A stretch of DNA of 64,000 nt from Felis catus (Eukaryota). The notes below the pieces were generated by a model that was not told where the DNA came from, made no database searches, and worked only from the letters and a program-made list of their open reading frames with translations. Location: NCBI RefSeq assembly GCF_018350175.1, contig NC_058368.1, positions 76,138,001 through 76,202,000 on the forward strand, given 5' to 3'. Positions within the stretch are counted from its first letter, which is position 1; the number at the start of each line of letters is the position of its first letter. Below, in pieces: positions 51,321 through 64,000 of the stretch. A program made the translations under genes and the position numbers.

Positions 51321-51778
51321 TTATTTATTTTATTTTTTTTTTAAATATTTTTTTTTCAACGTTTATTTATTTTTGGGACAGAGAGAGACAGAGCATGAAC
51401 GGGGGAGGGGCAGAGAGAGAGGGAGACACAGAATCGGAAACAGGCTCCAGGCTCTGAGCCATCAGCCCAGAGCCCGACACGGGGCTCGAACCCACGGACC
51501 GCGAGATCGTGACCTGGCTGAAGTCGGACGCTTAACCGACTACGCCACCCAGGCGCCCCTTTTATTTTTTTATGTTTACTTATTTTTGAGAGAAAGAGAG
51601 GGAGAGACAGGGTGTGAGTGAGGGAGGGGCAGAGAGAGAAGGAGACACAGAATCTGAAGCACGATCCAGGCTCTGAGCTGTCAGCACAGAGCCCAATGCG
51701 GGGCTTGAACTCACCAACAGTGAAATTGTGACCTGAGCCGAAGTCAGACGCTTAACCAACTGAGCCACCCAGGTGCCC
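51321..51778 (-). mobile_element. Young CAN-SINE (to 51559) inserted in the tail of an older CAN-SINE (51560-51778)
   Basis: A shared outer TSD tgacatggg.acatttattta brackets both copies. Confidence 0.92.
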
Positions 51779-54700
51779 TGACATGGGGACATTTATTTAG
51801 ACAGAGGATAATATTAGCCCAATTTGCATGTAGGCCAATATTGTACATGGAACTTTGTACAGAAGCAGGCAACATGGATGTCTTCAAGGTATAATTTGAT
51901 ATTTACCACTACCCTGGCTATTTATAATTTTTGAAATCTCATCGTTTGAGAGACAACTACTTTTTAAGTATTCTTGGTCCTTATGAGATCTCTGTGAAAA
52001 TGACAACAGACCTAAGGAATATCACACAATCTATTAACAGTTTCATAAGCAAGGAGCATTCAGAATTCTCATGCTCAACCTTCACCAGCACTTAGTTGAT
52101 AGCTGGGCAAAGGATTAGGAATACCAAAGAACTGACTGAATTTGGAGTATAGCAAGGATAAAAATAGAGATGAAGAATAATGCCTTGTGATCTCACGCGA
52201 TGTTAGACTTCAGTGCCCAAAAGGCAACATGAAGCCACTAGGAAGAACTTGGGATTGACAGAAGCTTGGGCGAAGAGAGGATTTCTCAGAAAGGGTCTTA
52301 CAGCCTAAACGTCTCCATTTCTATTAGTATTGGTGAGACGGATTATTCATTTAAAATCAGTCGGTGCAGTGAATTTTTCTTACATGAATTAAACATTATT
52401 CAATGATTGAGAACATTATTTGAGTTCCCAAAAAAAGGTACAATAATTTCTGTGATATAATTATTACCCACAATTATTTATTACTCTTTACCATCAATAA
52501 AGGATATAAAGATTTACGCTATCAAATGCACTTTAGTTAATATTTAAACAGTCCCCATCTTTTGAAAAACACAGATGATGAGGCCCTCAGTGGAATCCCG
52601 GTGTTCTCAAGAGGGGCTGCCTGCCCCTCCATCCCAGGCCTGGGACACGGGAGTCACTTCCTCAAGCAGGGAAGAGGAGAGAAGAGCTGTCAGCGTTCCC
52701 CAGAATGAACATTCCTCTCTTTGATAACTACCCATGAAAAGAGAGAGTTGGAAGAAGTCAATTAAGGCTGCCCCCAGGAGGAGAAAGCCGAAATCCAGTT
52801 TGTTGCCCTATTTGTGAATTTATGAAAGAGTCAACTCAGGGCGACTGGCCTCCATCCATTCCTTCCAAATATATGTTTTCCCTGCCCTCCCCAACTCATC
52901 TGCGTCCTCTGGATGTCTCTTATCCCCCTGACCCGTTTCTCTGCACTTTGGTGGGTATTTTCAGGCACTCCTGCTTCTGTGAATGAGGACCGAAGACAGG
53001 AAGAGGAAAACAACAATCCCCAAACCCTGAGTACTTTCCGATTCTTCCTATCCCCTGTCTTATCTATATGACGGGAAAGAAAACCCGAATTCGTTTGCCA
53101 GGCATGACCAGAACCAAAAGCACAGCCGAGTCACAGAAGGCTGGCAGAAAGCAGATGCGTGAGAGCACAGGTTCGGGAAGACCACACGAGACTGGGAAAG
53201 ATCGTATATTGTGGGCACAGACGGGCAAGAATCCGAGGCTAGAGAACATATTATTTATTAGCGTGGTGTGCAGACAGCCCGTATCAATCATCACTTGAGA
53301 TGTTTATAAAAATACAGGTTCTGGGGCCACCTACTGACTCACTGAACCAAACTGCTATCATAAATGTAGGGAATTGGCATTTTTAACAATATGGTAAGGT
53401 TTGAGAATCACAGTTGCAGAGATTAGAAGGCTCAAAAGCCTTTTTCCAGAAAATCTGTGGATTCAAAAAAAAAAAAAATGTATACAGTTACCACAGATGG
53501 AAAAAATGTAGCTATTTAGGAACCCTGGCCTAAGGTAGAGATAAACCGGTGCCGATGAAGGATGGTGTATCTTCCCCTTCTGAGCAGATGTGAGCCTCTA
53601 CACTCGGGACTTAGCAGATTCTCTCAAGGGCTCAGAGTCCTAAGGTCAGGACCTGCCCTCTCCCGAAACAGGGGCAGGAATGTTGGAATTGACTTCTCTT
53701 TAAGAAAATGAATTTCCTTCCAATCTGGGGATCTAAGGAGGGAGAGGGAGAGAGAGAGGCAGGAAGGGAGAGTCCGGACGAAGGTTTTCAGATAAATGAC
53801 CCCTGGACCTAAGATTTTTATTTTCTTCTGCACTCACCCACACATTCTTTCGCTCACAGAATTCAAAGCTTCCTTTTCAGAGAAGCCGGTTAGGAGACAA
53901 GGACACATGAGGAGGGATTTTAGTGATGTTTTCTTGATGGGTTTTTTTTGTGTGTGTGTGTTGTTTTGTTTTGTTTTGTGTTGATGTAATACCCCTGAGA
54001 AGTTTCCATTCCAGAGGACTCCTTCCCTCGGGGTCCGCAGAGTCCTGATGGAGAGTGGTGCTTTTGCGAAGACCCCTATCTTTGTTTATACTCTCAGCCC
54101 CGGGAAGGCAGACCCGAACAAAAGGCCTTCTGATTTCATTACCGCGTGTGCTTTGATCTCAGTGTGCCTGCCCCACCAGTGCCTGGCCATCATCCTCAGG
54201 TGGGCAGTCTGGGGTACCCCCACGCACGGTCTCTGCGGGACCCCCCTTCCACCAGGTTGCAGGGTCAGGGCTTTGAGCGCCAAGCCCCTGCTTCTTCCTA
54301 CTCTGTTTTCCACACATACCATCCGTTCATTCTCAAGTACGCTTTACCTTGTCTTCCTCATGGATCTCGTGGTATAAAAACACGCCTGATTCTATCATCA
54401 TTGCACAACGCCTCGGGCTCGCTGTAACTCACCAGCACCTAGGTTTTGCACTCCGCGTCACTCATGTGGCCGTATTGACTCTCCTGGGCTGTCGTTAGGG
54501 TAACTGTCATCATTACCTGCCTGCCGTCTCAGGACCACGCTAGGCAATTAGCCAGGTCACTGGATCAAGGTTCACAGGCAAATGATTGATTACGATTCCT
54601 AAGTTACCTCTGACTGTCTACGCTGCTCAGGTGGAGAGGGTCCTATAGGACAGTGGAGGAACTGAGCATTATTAGAGAGCTCCTTGAGTCCCTCCCGGTC

Positions 54701-55559
54701 AACTCAGCTCACAGCTGGTCTGCCGAGACTGACCCAGGCTTCTAGAACATCCGCATCCCTCGCTGCCCACACAGCCATGTAATCTGGGAAAGGCAAATCC
54801 AATGAAACAAACAGCCTGGACACGTCCCCTTCTACAGGGCGATGTAATGACGCTCTGATGGCCCACGACTCACCGGAGAGGTGTGCCCGTAGTCAAAGGA
54901 GAGCTTTTCTACGAACACTCACGCTGATCGATGGTGTGTGTTGTTGCAAGCACAACATGCAAGGGGGAAGTAAGAGAAGTGGAACACACTCTCCAGAGCC
55001 ACAGAGCTGATCAAAAGAAGGCGTGTTTGACCTAGGCCTGAGTCTTGGCCAAGAGCACCTTCTTCCTACCGTGCTGCACAGCATTCACAAGACAGCTGAA
55101 TTACTGCTGGAGTCTGGAAAGGTGTTCTCAATTTTCCCATTCCCCAAATCAGACTCTTACCATCTCACTTTTGGGATAATTATACTACATATTCGAGGAA
55201 TGAATCTCAAGCAAACTGAAAAATGTCCCCTGTACGCTAGACCATACCATGTATTTAGGCCAATAGTTGCCTCGTTCTAAATTAATTTAAAGATTTTTTT
55301 CTTCTCACGTATTCTCTAAATCCCAGATCTTTTTGCCCTGGTGTTTCCCCCTTGAGTGTTTCCATTTTGAGAATAGCAGAGAGGCAGTCACCATAACATA
55401 ATTATTAATTACCTTTAATAAAATGGGGGCGATGACCTCTATCCCAGGAGATGTGAGCGCGGGCAGGTGTGGGGCTTTTCAGGCAGTGAGCACAGGCTTG
55501 CAAGGAGCCCTCCCTTTTTGTACCAGTCTGACCTTCCCCAGGAAGAAGAGTTTCTAGTT

Positions 55560-55900
55560 AATCCGCACACTCATCTGCTCAGTGACTTCCCTATAAACAA
55601 TAAAACCACCTTAGCTTTCTGTTTACAAGCAAAAGCCACCTGCGGTCCTTGGTTGCCCAGATCTGATCGCCAGTTACATTAATCCTCGGAGCTTAAGACA
55701 GGAAGGGAAGTGGGGAGTCAGGAGAAAGGAATTCTGCAAATTGACTGAACATGAAAAGAACCAGGTTAATAAGAAGAGAGGGGGGGGGGGGAGAGGAGGG
55801 GTGGGAACCCCCCCTTGTCTGCTCTTTGCGGTTTCAATTTCAGTAAATAGGAGCATTATCTTCTCAGTAAATAGAAGCATTTCTGTTTCACGTCGTCTTT
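55560..55900. promoter_or_regulatory. Candidate enhancer with clustered ETS/PU.1, NF-kB, RUNX, IRF and forkhead-like motifs
   Basis: GGGAAGTG 55705-55712; GGGAACCCCC 55803-55812; TGCGGTT 55827-55833 overlapping ISRE-like GGTTTCAATTTC 55830-55841; duplicated GTAAATA. Motif evidence only. Confidence 0.3.
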
Positions 55901-56227
55901 CCATTCTTTTCCACTTTTTGGCCCCATCACACTTGTTTAACTTTAGATGCCAGGTGTAACATTGGTCCCAAGATTGATTAAAGGAACCTCCGGGTCCCTG
56001 TGTTTTGTGCTCTCCTAGTTATTGTTAAGACTCCGGTTTTTGTGCAAAGTGAGCAGAATCATGCTGGGGTGTGTCTTCATCTTTGGAGAAGATATTCCTA
56101 GGAAACTGACTATGGCCCGCAAGGTTCTAGGGGCTCCTCTAAAGAGGAAGATTAGCAGTCAATGCTGTGCGTTTTCCAGAACTATCTTTTGGGGGGAGTT
56201 TGGCATGTTCCTATAAGAACGCTGTTC

Positions 56228-56447
56228 CTTTTTTTAAGTTTATGTATATATTTTGAGAGAAATGGAGAGAGAACGAGCAGGAGAGAGGGAGAGAGAATCC
56301 CAAGCAGGCTCCATTTTGTCAGAGCAGAGCGCAACATAACATTGGTCCTGAAATTGATTAAAGGCTCAGTCTCCCAACCATGTGATCATAACTTGAGCCG
56401 AAATCCAGAGTCGGATGCTTAACCGACTGAGCCGCCCAGGTGCCCCC
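56228..56447 (-). mobile_element. CAN-SINE carrying a non-SINE internal insertion (~56337-56364)
   Basis: Reverse SINE body interrupted by taacattggtcctgaaattgattaaagg. Confidence 0.9.
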
Positions 56448-56701
56448 AGAAGTCTGTTTCTTATGTGTGAGCAGCAACTTCTCTCCACAAAATTTTACAA
56501 CTTCCCTGAAATTAGTATGTGATCACAGGAAGTACACAGCCATGCCACTCAGTACAAGCAAATTCTTCTGAAATCCAATCCATTTCCGAAAAATGGAGAA
56601 AACATGGCAGCGATACTTAGCACACAGGGTTGTCTGCTTTCCAAATGAGGTGAGTACACAAGAATGATCATACACTCCAAGACACTATACAACTGTATGA
56701 G

Positions 56702-56739
<38 letters not shown>

Positions 56740-57161
56740 ATTCAATTGGTCATTAATTTAGCAGATACTAACCAAGTATCTGTATGTTACAGGCATGAGA
56801 GGAACTTCTGGGCTTTGCCATTAAGGACCTTATGCCTTGCTCAAAAATAGTGGGACAAGGAAAGAAAATTCCTGTTGACCTCTAACTTCCCAGATTTCAA
56901 GAGCTTTGTATTAGTGGATCATTTAATCTTCCTGCCTCTATCACCAACATCATGTTGGCTCTGATTTATTGAGCACTCACTATGTACCAGGGGCTAAACC
57001 CAACGCTTACGGTTAGCTTATGCAATCCTGGCAAACACGAGGGGTACATATCAGTGTCCCTCTCACAGATTACAAGAAGGTTTCTCTAGAGGGTCACTTT
57101 CCCATAGGTCATAAGGACAGGTTCCAACTCAAATGTGCCCCATTCTAAAACCCATGTACTC

Positions 57162-57275
57162 GGGGCCCCTGGTTGGGTCAGTTGGTAGAGCATGCAACTC
57201 AGGGCTGTGAGTTTGAGCCCCTCATCGGATGTAGAGATGACTTAAAAAAAATAAAATATTTAAAACTAAAATAAA
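57162..57275 (+). mobile_element. Short CAN-SINE
   Basis: ggggcccctgg...cagttggtagagcatgc head, A-rich tail; TSD-like taaaacc flanks. Confidence 0.8.
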
Positions 57276-58620
57276 ATAAAACCGATGCTCGCAATCACCA
57301 GCCAAAATGGGCATCATGCGACTTGCAGATAACAAATCCAAGGTCATGGACATGAAGTAATAGCTTAAGGCTGCATGACACCAAACAGGACCAAAAGCTA
57401 AACCAGATTTCATTTATATGCAAAGCCCTGTTCTTTCTACCACTCCGCTGGCCAGCACCCGGATGTCAAGACCCCAAGCCAGACTGAGCTGCAGAATGAT
57501 AGCATTTCATTGAAGGAGGACATCTTTGAGACAGGCCTCAGAAAATGATTTCCTTTGTAACATTTTCTTTGTAAAGACTATAGGAAATCTTATATATAGC
57601 ATTTAATTTCATTTCTCATTTTCTTAACATGACCGAGGTTGTACTTTTTTTCGTTTTCTGCTATAACCTGCTGGTTTCGTAATCTGTATTATTTTATGAT
57701 GCATCCCTTAATTTTTTTCCTATTATTTCACACTGGGTGTTTTAATAGGCTTTTAGAAAATTTCTGTTTCTTTCTCAAAATAAAAAAAATCTTTCTTGGG
57801 AAAGGTTTTCTTTGGTGCATTTCCAGCTGAGGACTAGTCTCCCAAGCTATATCAAAGGTTGGTAGTTGTCTGTTCTCTCCTCTAGGTCTATGGAGATGAG
57901 CTTTTAATATTTATTTCTCAGGGCTGTTTTCTCTGTTTATATCCTGCTGTTGAAACGAGCAGTTCAATAAACTCCTTAATGAAGGTGGTTGAACCATTTC
58001 CTTTTGCTTTTACTTCTATTGCTTTTGAGATGACAGTGTGGTGAACATTCTCGGCGCTTTTAAAACTTCCTGTGAACTTGCAATGCGCTAATAAATAATC
58101 CCCAAATCATTAATTGGCGTAAAGAACCACTGAGTTTGGAATTATAACGTTTTCCACAAACAAGCATGCTTCCAAGCTTAGATTATCTCTAAAATAAATT
58201 CTCCTACAATTCCATCTCCATAAGGCTTTGTGATAAAGGCTACATCTGGCATTAAGGCTCATTACATATTGTATTCCAATGTAATATAGAGCTCAGATCC
58301 TGTGACATTAAAGCAGTACTACAGCAAAAGAAAATTGTTAGAGACAGAGAAGAAGATTTCCCAGAATCCTGCGCGAGTCCTGCTACACCATGAGTTTGAT
58401 TCCTAATTATTTTTATTAGATTCTGCGGTGGATTTCAAATAGGTTAAAGTGCTTTTCAGAATGTAGGCTCTGACAAAGTCGAAACTATATGTTGCCTCGT
58501 GTCTCACATCAACTAATAGATGTTTACTTCGTATTTAATACCACCAATGAGTAATCTAGTCCCCGGAAATACATTTCCCACACTTCGGAGAACAGCTTAT
58601 TCTTTAAGAAACAAGAATAA

Positions 58621-58740
58621 GGAGCTCCTGGGTTGCTCAGTGGGTTGACCATCCGACTCTTGATTTCTGCTCAGGTCCTGATCCTGGGGTGGGGATCAAG
58701 CCCTATATCACCTCCACGCTGAGTGTGCAGCTTGCTTGAG

Positions 58741-58774
<34 letters not shown>

Positions 58775-59268
58775 CTTCTCCCTCCCTCACTTTCTCTCTC
58801 TAAAAGAAAAACAAGAGGGGCCCCTGGGTGGCTCCGTGGGTTAAGCGTCTGACTTCCGGCTCAGGTCATGATCTCACAGCTCCTGGTTTGGATTCCCCGC
58901 ATCAGGCTCTGTGCTGACAGCTTGGAGCCTGGAGCCTGCTTCGGATTCTCTGTCTCCCTTTCTCTCCGCCCCTCCCCCGCTCATGCTCTGATTCTCTTTC
59001 AAAAGTAAATAATCATTTAAAAAAATTTTGGGGGGCGCCTGGGTGGCGCAGTCGGTTAAGCGTCCGACTTCAGCCAGGTCACGATCTCGCGGTCTGTGAG
59101 TTCGAGCCCCGCGTCAGGCTCTGGGCTGATGGCTCAGAGCCTGGAGCCTGTTTCCGATTCTGTGTCTCCCTCTCTCTCTGCCCCTCCCCCGTTCATGCTG
59201 TCTCTCTCTGTCCCCAAAATAAATAAACGTTGGAAAAAAAATTTTTTTTGGAAAGAAAAAAAAACAAG
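58621..59268 (+). mobile_element. Three head-to-tail nested CAN-SINEs (58621-58815, 58817-59028, 59030-59268)
   Basis: Three heads, each following the previous tail; outer flank aaacaaga.taagg repeated on both sides. Confidence 0.93.
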
Positions 59269-62200
59269 ACTAAGGTAACCATTTTTTTTTCCAACAATGA
59301 TATCCTACTGTCTTGAAAATAGACAAGTTATCTCCTCAAAGGTAGGTAATTATTCACCAGATTGGAATTATTCACAGGGAATAGTCATGCTAGGTTATCT
59401 CATCTCCCTATCTATCCAACTGTGTCACAAAAGATAGAGGGATCTACCACCTATTTCTATCTATCTAGATCTGTCTATCTATCTCTCTATCATCACTGAC
59501 TTGAAGGGAGGAATTCATCCAATTGCTAAGTTACTGGTGTATTATGTCAACATTATTTGAGCACATACAACATATGATGACTACAAGACGAATTCCAAGA
59601 GATCCAAAACATAGATATACATAAGGATTAAAAAAAAACCTCTTTCACTTGCTTGAAACATACATCTAACATGCATTATAAGAGAATAACACTAAAACAA
59701 CTGCTAAAAGGGAAAGATAATGTGGTTTGTGTTTTTAAGGCTGGTGAAGTGAAACCGTGAGAGTGGAGAAGGAGCAAAAGAAACTGTAACTGGCTGTGAT
59801 CAATGAACTATAAACACCGCTGCACTTGGACCCACCAGAAGATAAGGTTTGAAAGCAGTCACAACAGGAAAGTCAAGTACACAAACCAACCCTCAGAGGT
59901 GGGATGAATGAGGGTTGTCGGGCTAAACTTCTTCTAAGGTCCAGACCTGTACTTGCTCCCAGAGCTGGACTTGGAAGGTGAGTTAGTGCCCCTGCTCTGA
60001 GCTGCCCTGAGACGGGGGCTGTTCACCTATATACTCTCTTCTCGCCAGTTCTCAAACTGGACATGAGGAGGACTGAGCTCCTACAAGTCCTGTAATTCTC
60101 AGGCTTGACTCGGTTCAACAGGGGAAGGTGTCCTTCCTTTGTTCCTTTCCTGCCTGGGTTTCCTGCTATAGAGGGTAATACAGCCAAGGAGGGGACTGGT
60201 CTTCGGTAAGGGATGAAGAAGAAATTTCTGGACACTCCTATGAAGATTCAGTCTTCAACTCCAGAAACTTTCAGGTCATCTGTGACTACCTTTCTCTAGT
60301 CCCCCCCCCCGCCATCAATTTGTCCTGAAGGGTGTCTCTCTAATTTCCCACAACTTCTTTTATTCGAGTTGCTTGGTCCTGGGCTCAATGCCCACCACAC
60401 TCCAGACCCCCCATATGGATGGCCATCTATTCTCCTCACTGAGGCCAGGATCACCTACCCAGGTCCAAATTCACACAAGTAATTATTATGATTAAAGGTT
60501 CCTCCTTAATGATTCCCCTCATTCCACAGAGATTAACATAATTGTCAAGAGTAATTGTTTTTATTCAGACTGAGTCATGCAACCCTAACACGGTCACTAA
60601 ATCTTTCCATTCCTCACCTGTAAAATGAGAACCATTCATTCACTCACTTACTCATTTAGAAATATTTCCTGAGATCCTACTATAAGGCAGATGTCGCTCT
60701 ATTCATGAGGGACACATCAATGAACTAGACCCACCCCCCGCAAAGCGTATGTTCTCATGGGTTCCAAAGAGAACAGGGATGAGCCCCTTGCCCTGGAGGG
60801 ACTCAAAGCTACCATAGGAACTGACAAGATATGTCATTATTTAGGTAAACCAAAACAATTTAAAATGCATAAAATCTCTTCCATCCTCAATATTTGCCCA
60901 AAGAAGTTATGAATTCTGCATGTAAATAGGGTAAAGATGTGCAAAAGAATCTGAGTGCGCTTAAACCCCCCTGGTGGAAACCCAGCTCACCTCGTGAGAA
61001 ACTGAGAGCAACTAGCTCGTAAAGTTGTTGAATCAAGTCATTAACGACACATTCCGTGCAAGGCGCCCAGCATGGAGCTGGACGCACAGTAAGAATTCAC
61101 TAAATCTTAATCGGGACTAGAGCACTTCTTCAACCTGATTTCAGCCCACCTTGCGAACCCCGTCCTCAGCTAACTGACCCTACCTCTCTCCCCCACGAAA
61201 CCACCAGCCCAGCCTCAGGGGATCAGAGCTGCCTGGCCCTGCCATATCTTTCATATTCTGCTCCTTACTTACACTTTCTCCCTTCTGCTCAACAGAAGCC
61301 TCAAAATGAGGAGAATTTTACTTGCTTGGGGGTGGGGGGACACCCTTATAAGGAGCTTGCAAATCGGAACAGTGAAACCATTTTTATATTGGATGAAACT
61401 GAATGGTTCAGAATTTGATTTTCATTCATGCTGCTGATGGGCACAGAAGATGGGTAATAGAAATGCGGCCAGATACCTGTTTTGTTTGCCTCATATGGAG
61501 CTTTACAACATTCCGTGCGAATGCCTTCACGTGCGGTGAGTGTTTTCCATTCAGCCAACCTCCTCACTCCCCCACCCCCGGATCTTTGGTCTTATTCCTA
61601 GAAATCTGTGCTCATTGAATTTCCTCCTGTCCCCTGTGGTCATCTAAGCTTGCCCATCTCTGAGATAGTTCGATAAATGATAACCCTCTCACAGCCAATG
61701 TATTTGGTTAAACAAAATGGTACCATTTCTGTTTGCCAAGACTTCTCCAACACAGAATAGAAACCCGGAGAGTGTGGTCTGGACTTGTTTAAATTTAGAC
61801 TTGCTAGAAATACCAGTAGGTATGTCTAACGAGATGCTCAGTCCTCTTGCTGTCCATGCCGTACAAAGGGGAGTCTTACCAAACTTTAGACTTGGGTCAA
61901 GTTTTTTTGAAGGAAAATTGATTTCCAAGAATCAAGCAAGAAACACAACTGCGGCATAATACACTAGATTCTTATTCCCATTGCAAATAATACCGTAAAG
62001 CCTAAAACCTCCCTGTAACATCTTGGATAACCATGAAAAACATATCTAAGTACAAAGAGAAACATTTTCTAAATTATCCTGTTTTCAAATACACAGTATA
62101 AAGCTAGTATACCGGAGAGGGATTCCCTGGGAGGGCTATTTTGGGGGGTTTGATCATAAAGCTTCCAGGTGCCCTCCAATTATATTAGACATTTTATATC

Positions 62201-62620
62201 ATTTATAACAAAAGATAAAAATAATGACATTGCTGGAGGGAACTCTGCATCTTGAACTCAATGACACCAGAAACTTCTAGAAAGTGAGATCTCAGAAATC
62301 CCAAATTGGAATTTAGGTCCATGCTACTGGAAGGAGATTGGAACCAGTTTGTGAACAGTTCATGGTACAATTGTAATGAAATAAGGGTAGAAAGTGAAGC
62401 ATTTCAAAAAATTTATGGCAATTTGACTTTGCTGTAACATTATATTCTATTTTACTAAAATAAGAGTCCTTTATGGGCTGGAAATTGAAAAAATGAACAC
62501 AGAACTTGGCCCTTCTCCACAGATGGTGTGAAAGCTCCTCTTGGAGCTGATAACAACCTGTTAGTGTCTACTGTGGTAGATTTCCCGAGCACAGGGGTTT
62601 GGTATCAGGTAGACGTGGGG

Positions 62621-62730
62621 TCACTTCTGGTTCTGCCTCTCCAGGCTGTGTGTCCTGAGGGTGCTCATTTCTCCGAGACTCAGTCGACCCTGCAAACGGA
62701 GGGTGGAAACGGTCCACACTTTAAGTGTTC
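62621..62730 (-). CDS. Possible last coding exon of an unidentified gene lying to the right (GTLKVWTVSTLRLQGRLSLGEMSTLRTHSLERQNQK*)
   Basis: Acceptor atctctttttattcccccaaag|G in non-repeat sequence, open to TGA at 62621-62623. No upstream partner exon or nearby AATAAA confirmed. Confidence 0.2.
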
Positions 62731-64000
62731 CTTTGGGGGAATAAAAAGAGATAATATTTATAAAGAAATTGGCATATTTCCTGGGATGTTTTTCTAAAAA
62801 GCCTGTTACTGCCAGAGGAAAATGCAACGTTTAAACTTGAATTGCACCTACTGAGTATGTGAAGAACTTGCGGGGAAAAAAAATAAGTGTGTATCATTTC
62901 AGAGGATTGATTATAATGATCTAATAGTTGCACATGGATGTGAGATTGCCTATCAAACACATACTGTAACATCTAGCACTGAACGCACAATTAAATCATT
63001 CTAACACAAATACTGCTCTCTGGGTGAATCACATTTGTAGGGTTGTTTTATAGGTCGAATGCTCATCTTTTTCCTTTTCTTCTCAGCCACAAAGATAAAT
63101 ATAATGTGTGTATATATGTACATACATATATATGCACAGATATGCAGCTTCCATGTATATTTCTGGCCATTCTTGGTCAGATCAATATCCCCTGTGCAAT
63201 TTTTAAAGCAAGCATCTTGGGCTGCAATAGGTAATTTTCCTTGTCCATTCCAACTTTCATATTTCTCGCTAGACCCGTCTGCAAGTGTGTTTTATGGCAC
63301 CATTACCCAGTCCCCTTAGTGAGACGGATGGCTTTCCTTGGGCAATTGAAGCAAGGTTACCCATTTGTATCATCCATGAGTCAAACCCTCCGATTCCACG
63401 CGTATGGCCAGATCTGCCTCCAGAAGCTTCGTGCAGCCTCTCTGAGCCCTTCTAACCAATGGAAACTCTGTCTCATGCGATGAGAAGAACAATCACAAAC
63501 ATTTGTGTTTTACTTGGAACATCCAATGTGCGTTTATATACATGTTTTATTTCCTCCTCACAACCCAGTGAAATGAGATGACTGGTCTTCTCAGAACCCA
63601 GCTTCTGGAAGAGTCTACAAGTTCCAAGACAAGAGGAACTTAGCTATTAGTGTCCATATATCAGTCGCAGATGCCTTTGGACCAAAGAGTCATCAAGGTG
63701 ACAACGGCTGGTTATTTCTTTTATAATAGATTGCTTTCTGCCGAAAGACATTATGTACTCCAGTACACTAAGCCACATGCACTTCTCTTAATTCTATATT
63801 ATATTTGATTACCGGATTTTCTTTTAATGAAACATTCATAATCATTTCCTTTACAGCAGCAATGTTCTCGGTTCCAGGAAAAACAAAGATTCATTAAATT
63901 ATCAAATGCCAGTAATCATTTTATTTAAGCCGGCAATGCCACATACACATAAATACCCAGAAAATACACTTTAAGTGATCAACAAGGCTGTTTTACTGAG

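Noticed and set aside
63360..63467. Possible upstream exon for the 62.7-kb candidate
   Set aside because: Stops in all three minus-strand frames between the putative splice sites.

Overview
This is mammalian, almost certainly felid (cat-family), genomic DNA. It holds about 37 carnivore tRNA-derived CAN-SINEs (SINEC_Fc-like), one 5'-truncated felid-type L1, many ancient L2/MIR/MLT/MER remnants and microsatellites. The supplied ORFs are nearly all artefacts of SINEs, simple repeats or the GC-rich island, and many start at GTG/TTG. The main non-repeat structure is one CpG-island promoter (~16.97-17.9 kb; NRF1 palindrome, GC boxes, CACGTG) followed on the minus strand by a train of very small GT-AG-bounded exon candidates (~16.9 to ~6.2 kb). 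Nine of these join into an uninterrupted 103-codon ATG-initiated frame that I do not recognise. Further exon candidates, all multiples of 3 nt, carry in-frame stops, so this could be a small micro-exon gene, a decaying gene or a lncRNA. The model was assembled by eye with several splice-site choices and needs RNA/comparative validation. About 18-62 kb looks intergenic; it contains an old local duplication, a 28-nt templated insertion inside a SINE, nested SINE stacks, a long polypyrimidine tract and a candidate immune-type enhancer (~55.6-55.9 kb). A weak minus-strand terminal-exon candidate lies at ~62.6-62.7 kb. No gene symbol could be assigned. Repeat family names are from recognition by eye and repeat boundaries are approximate.
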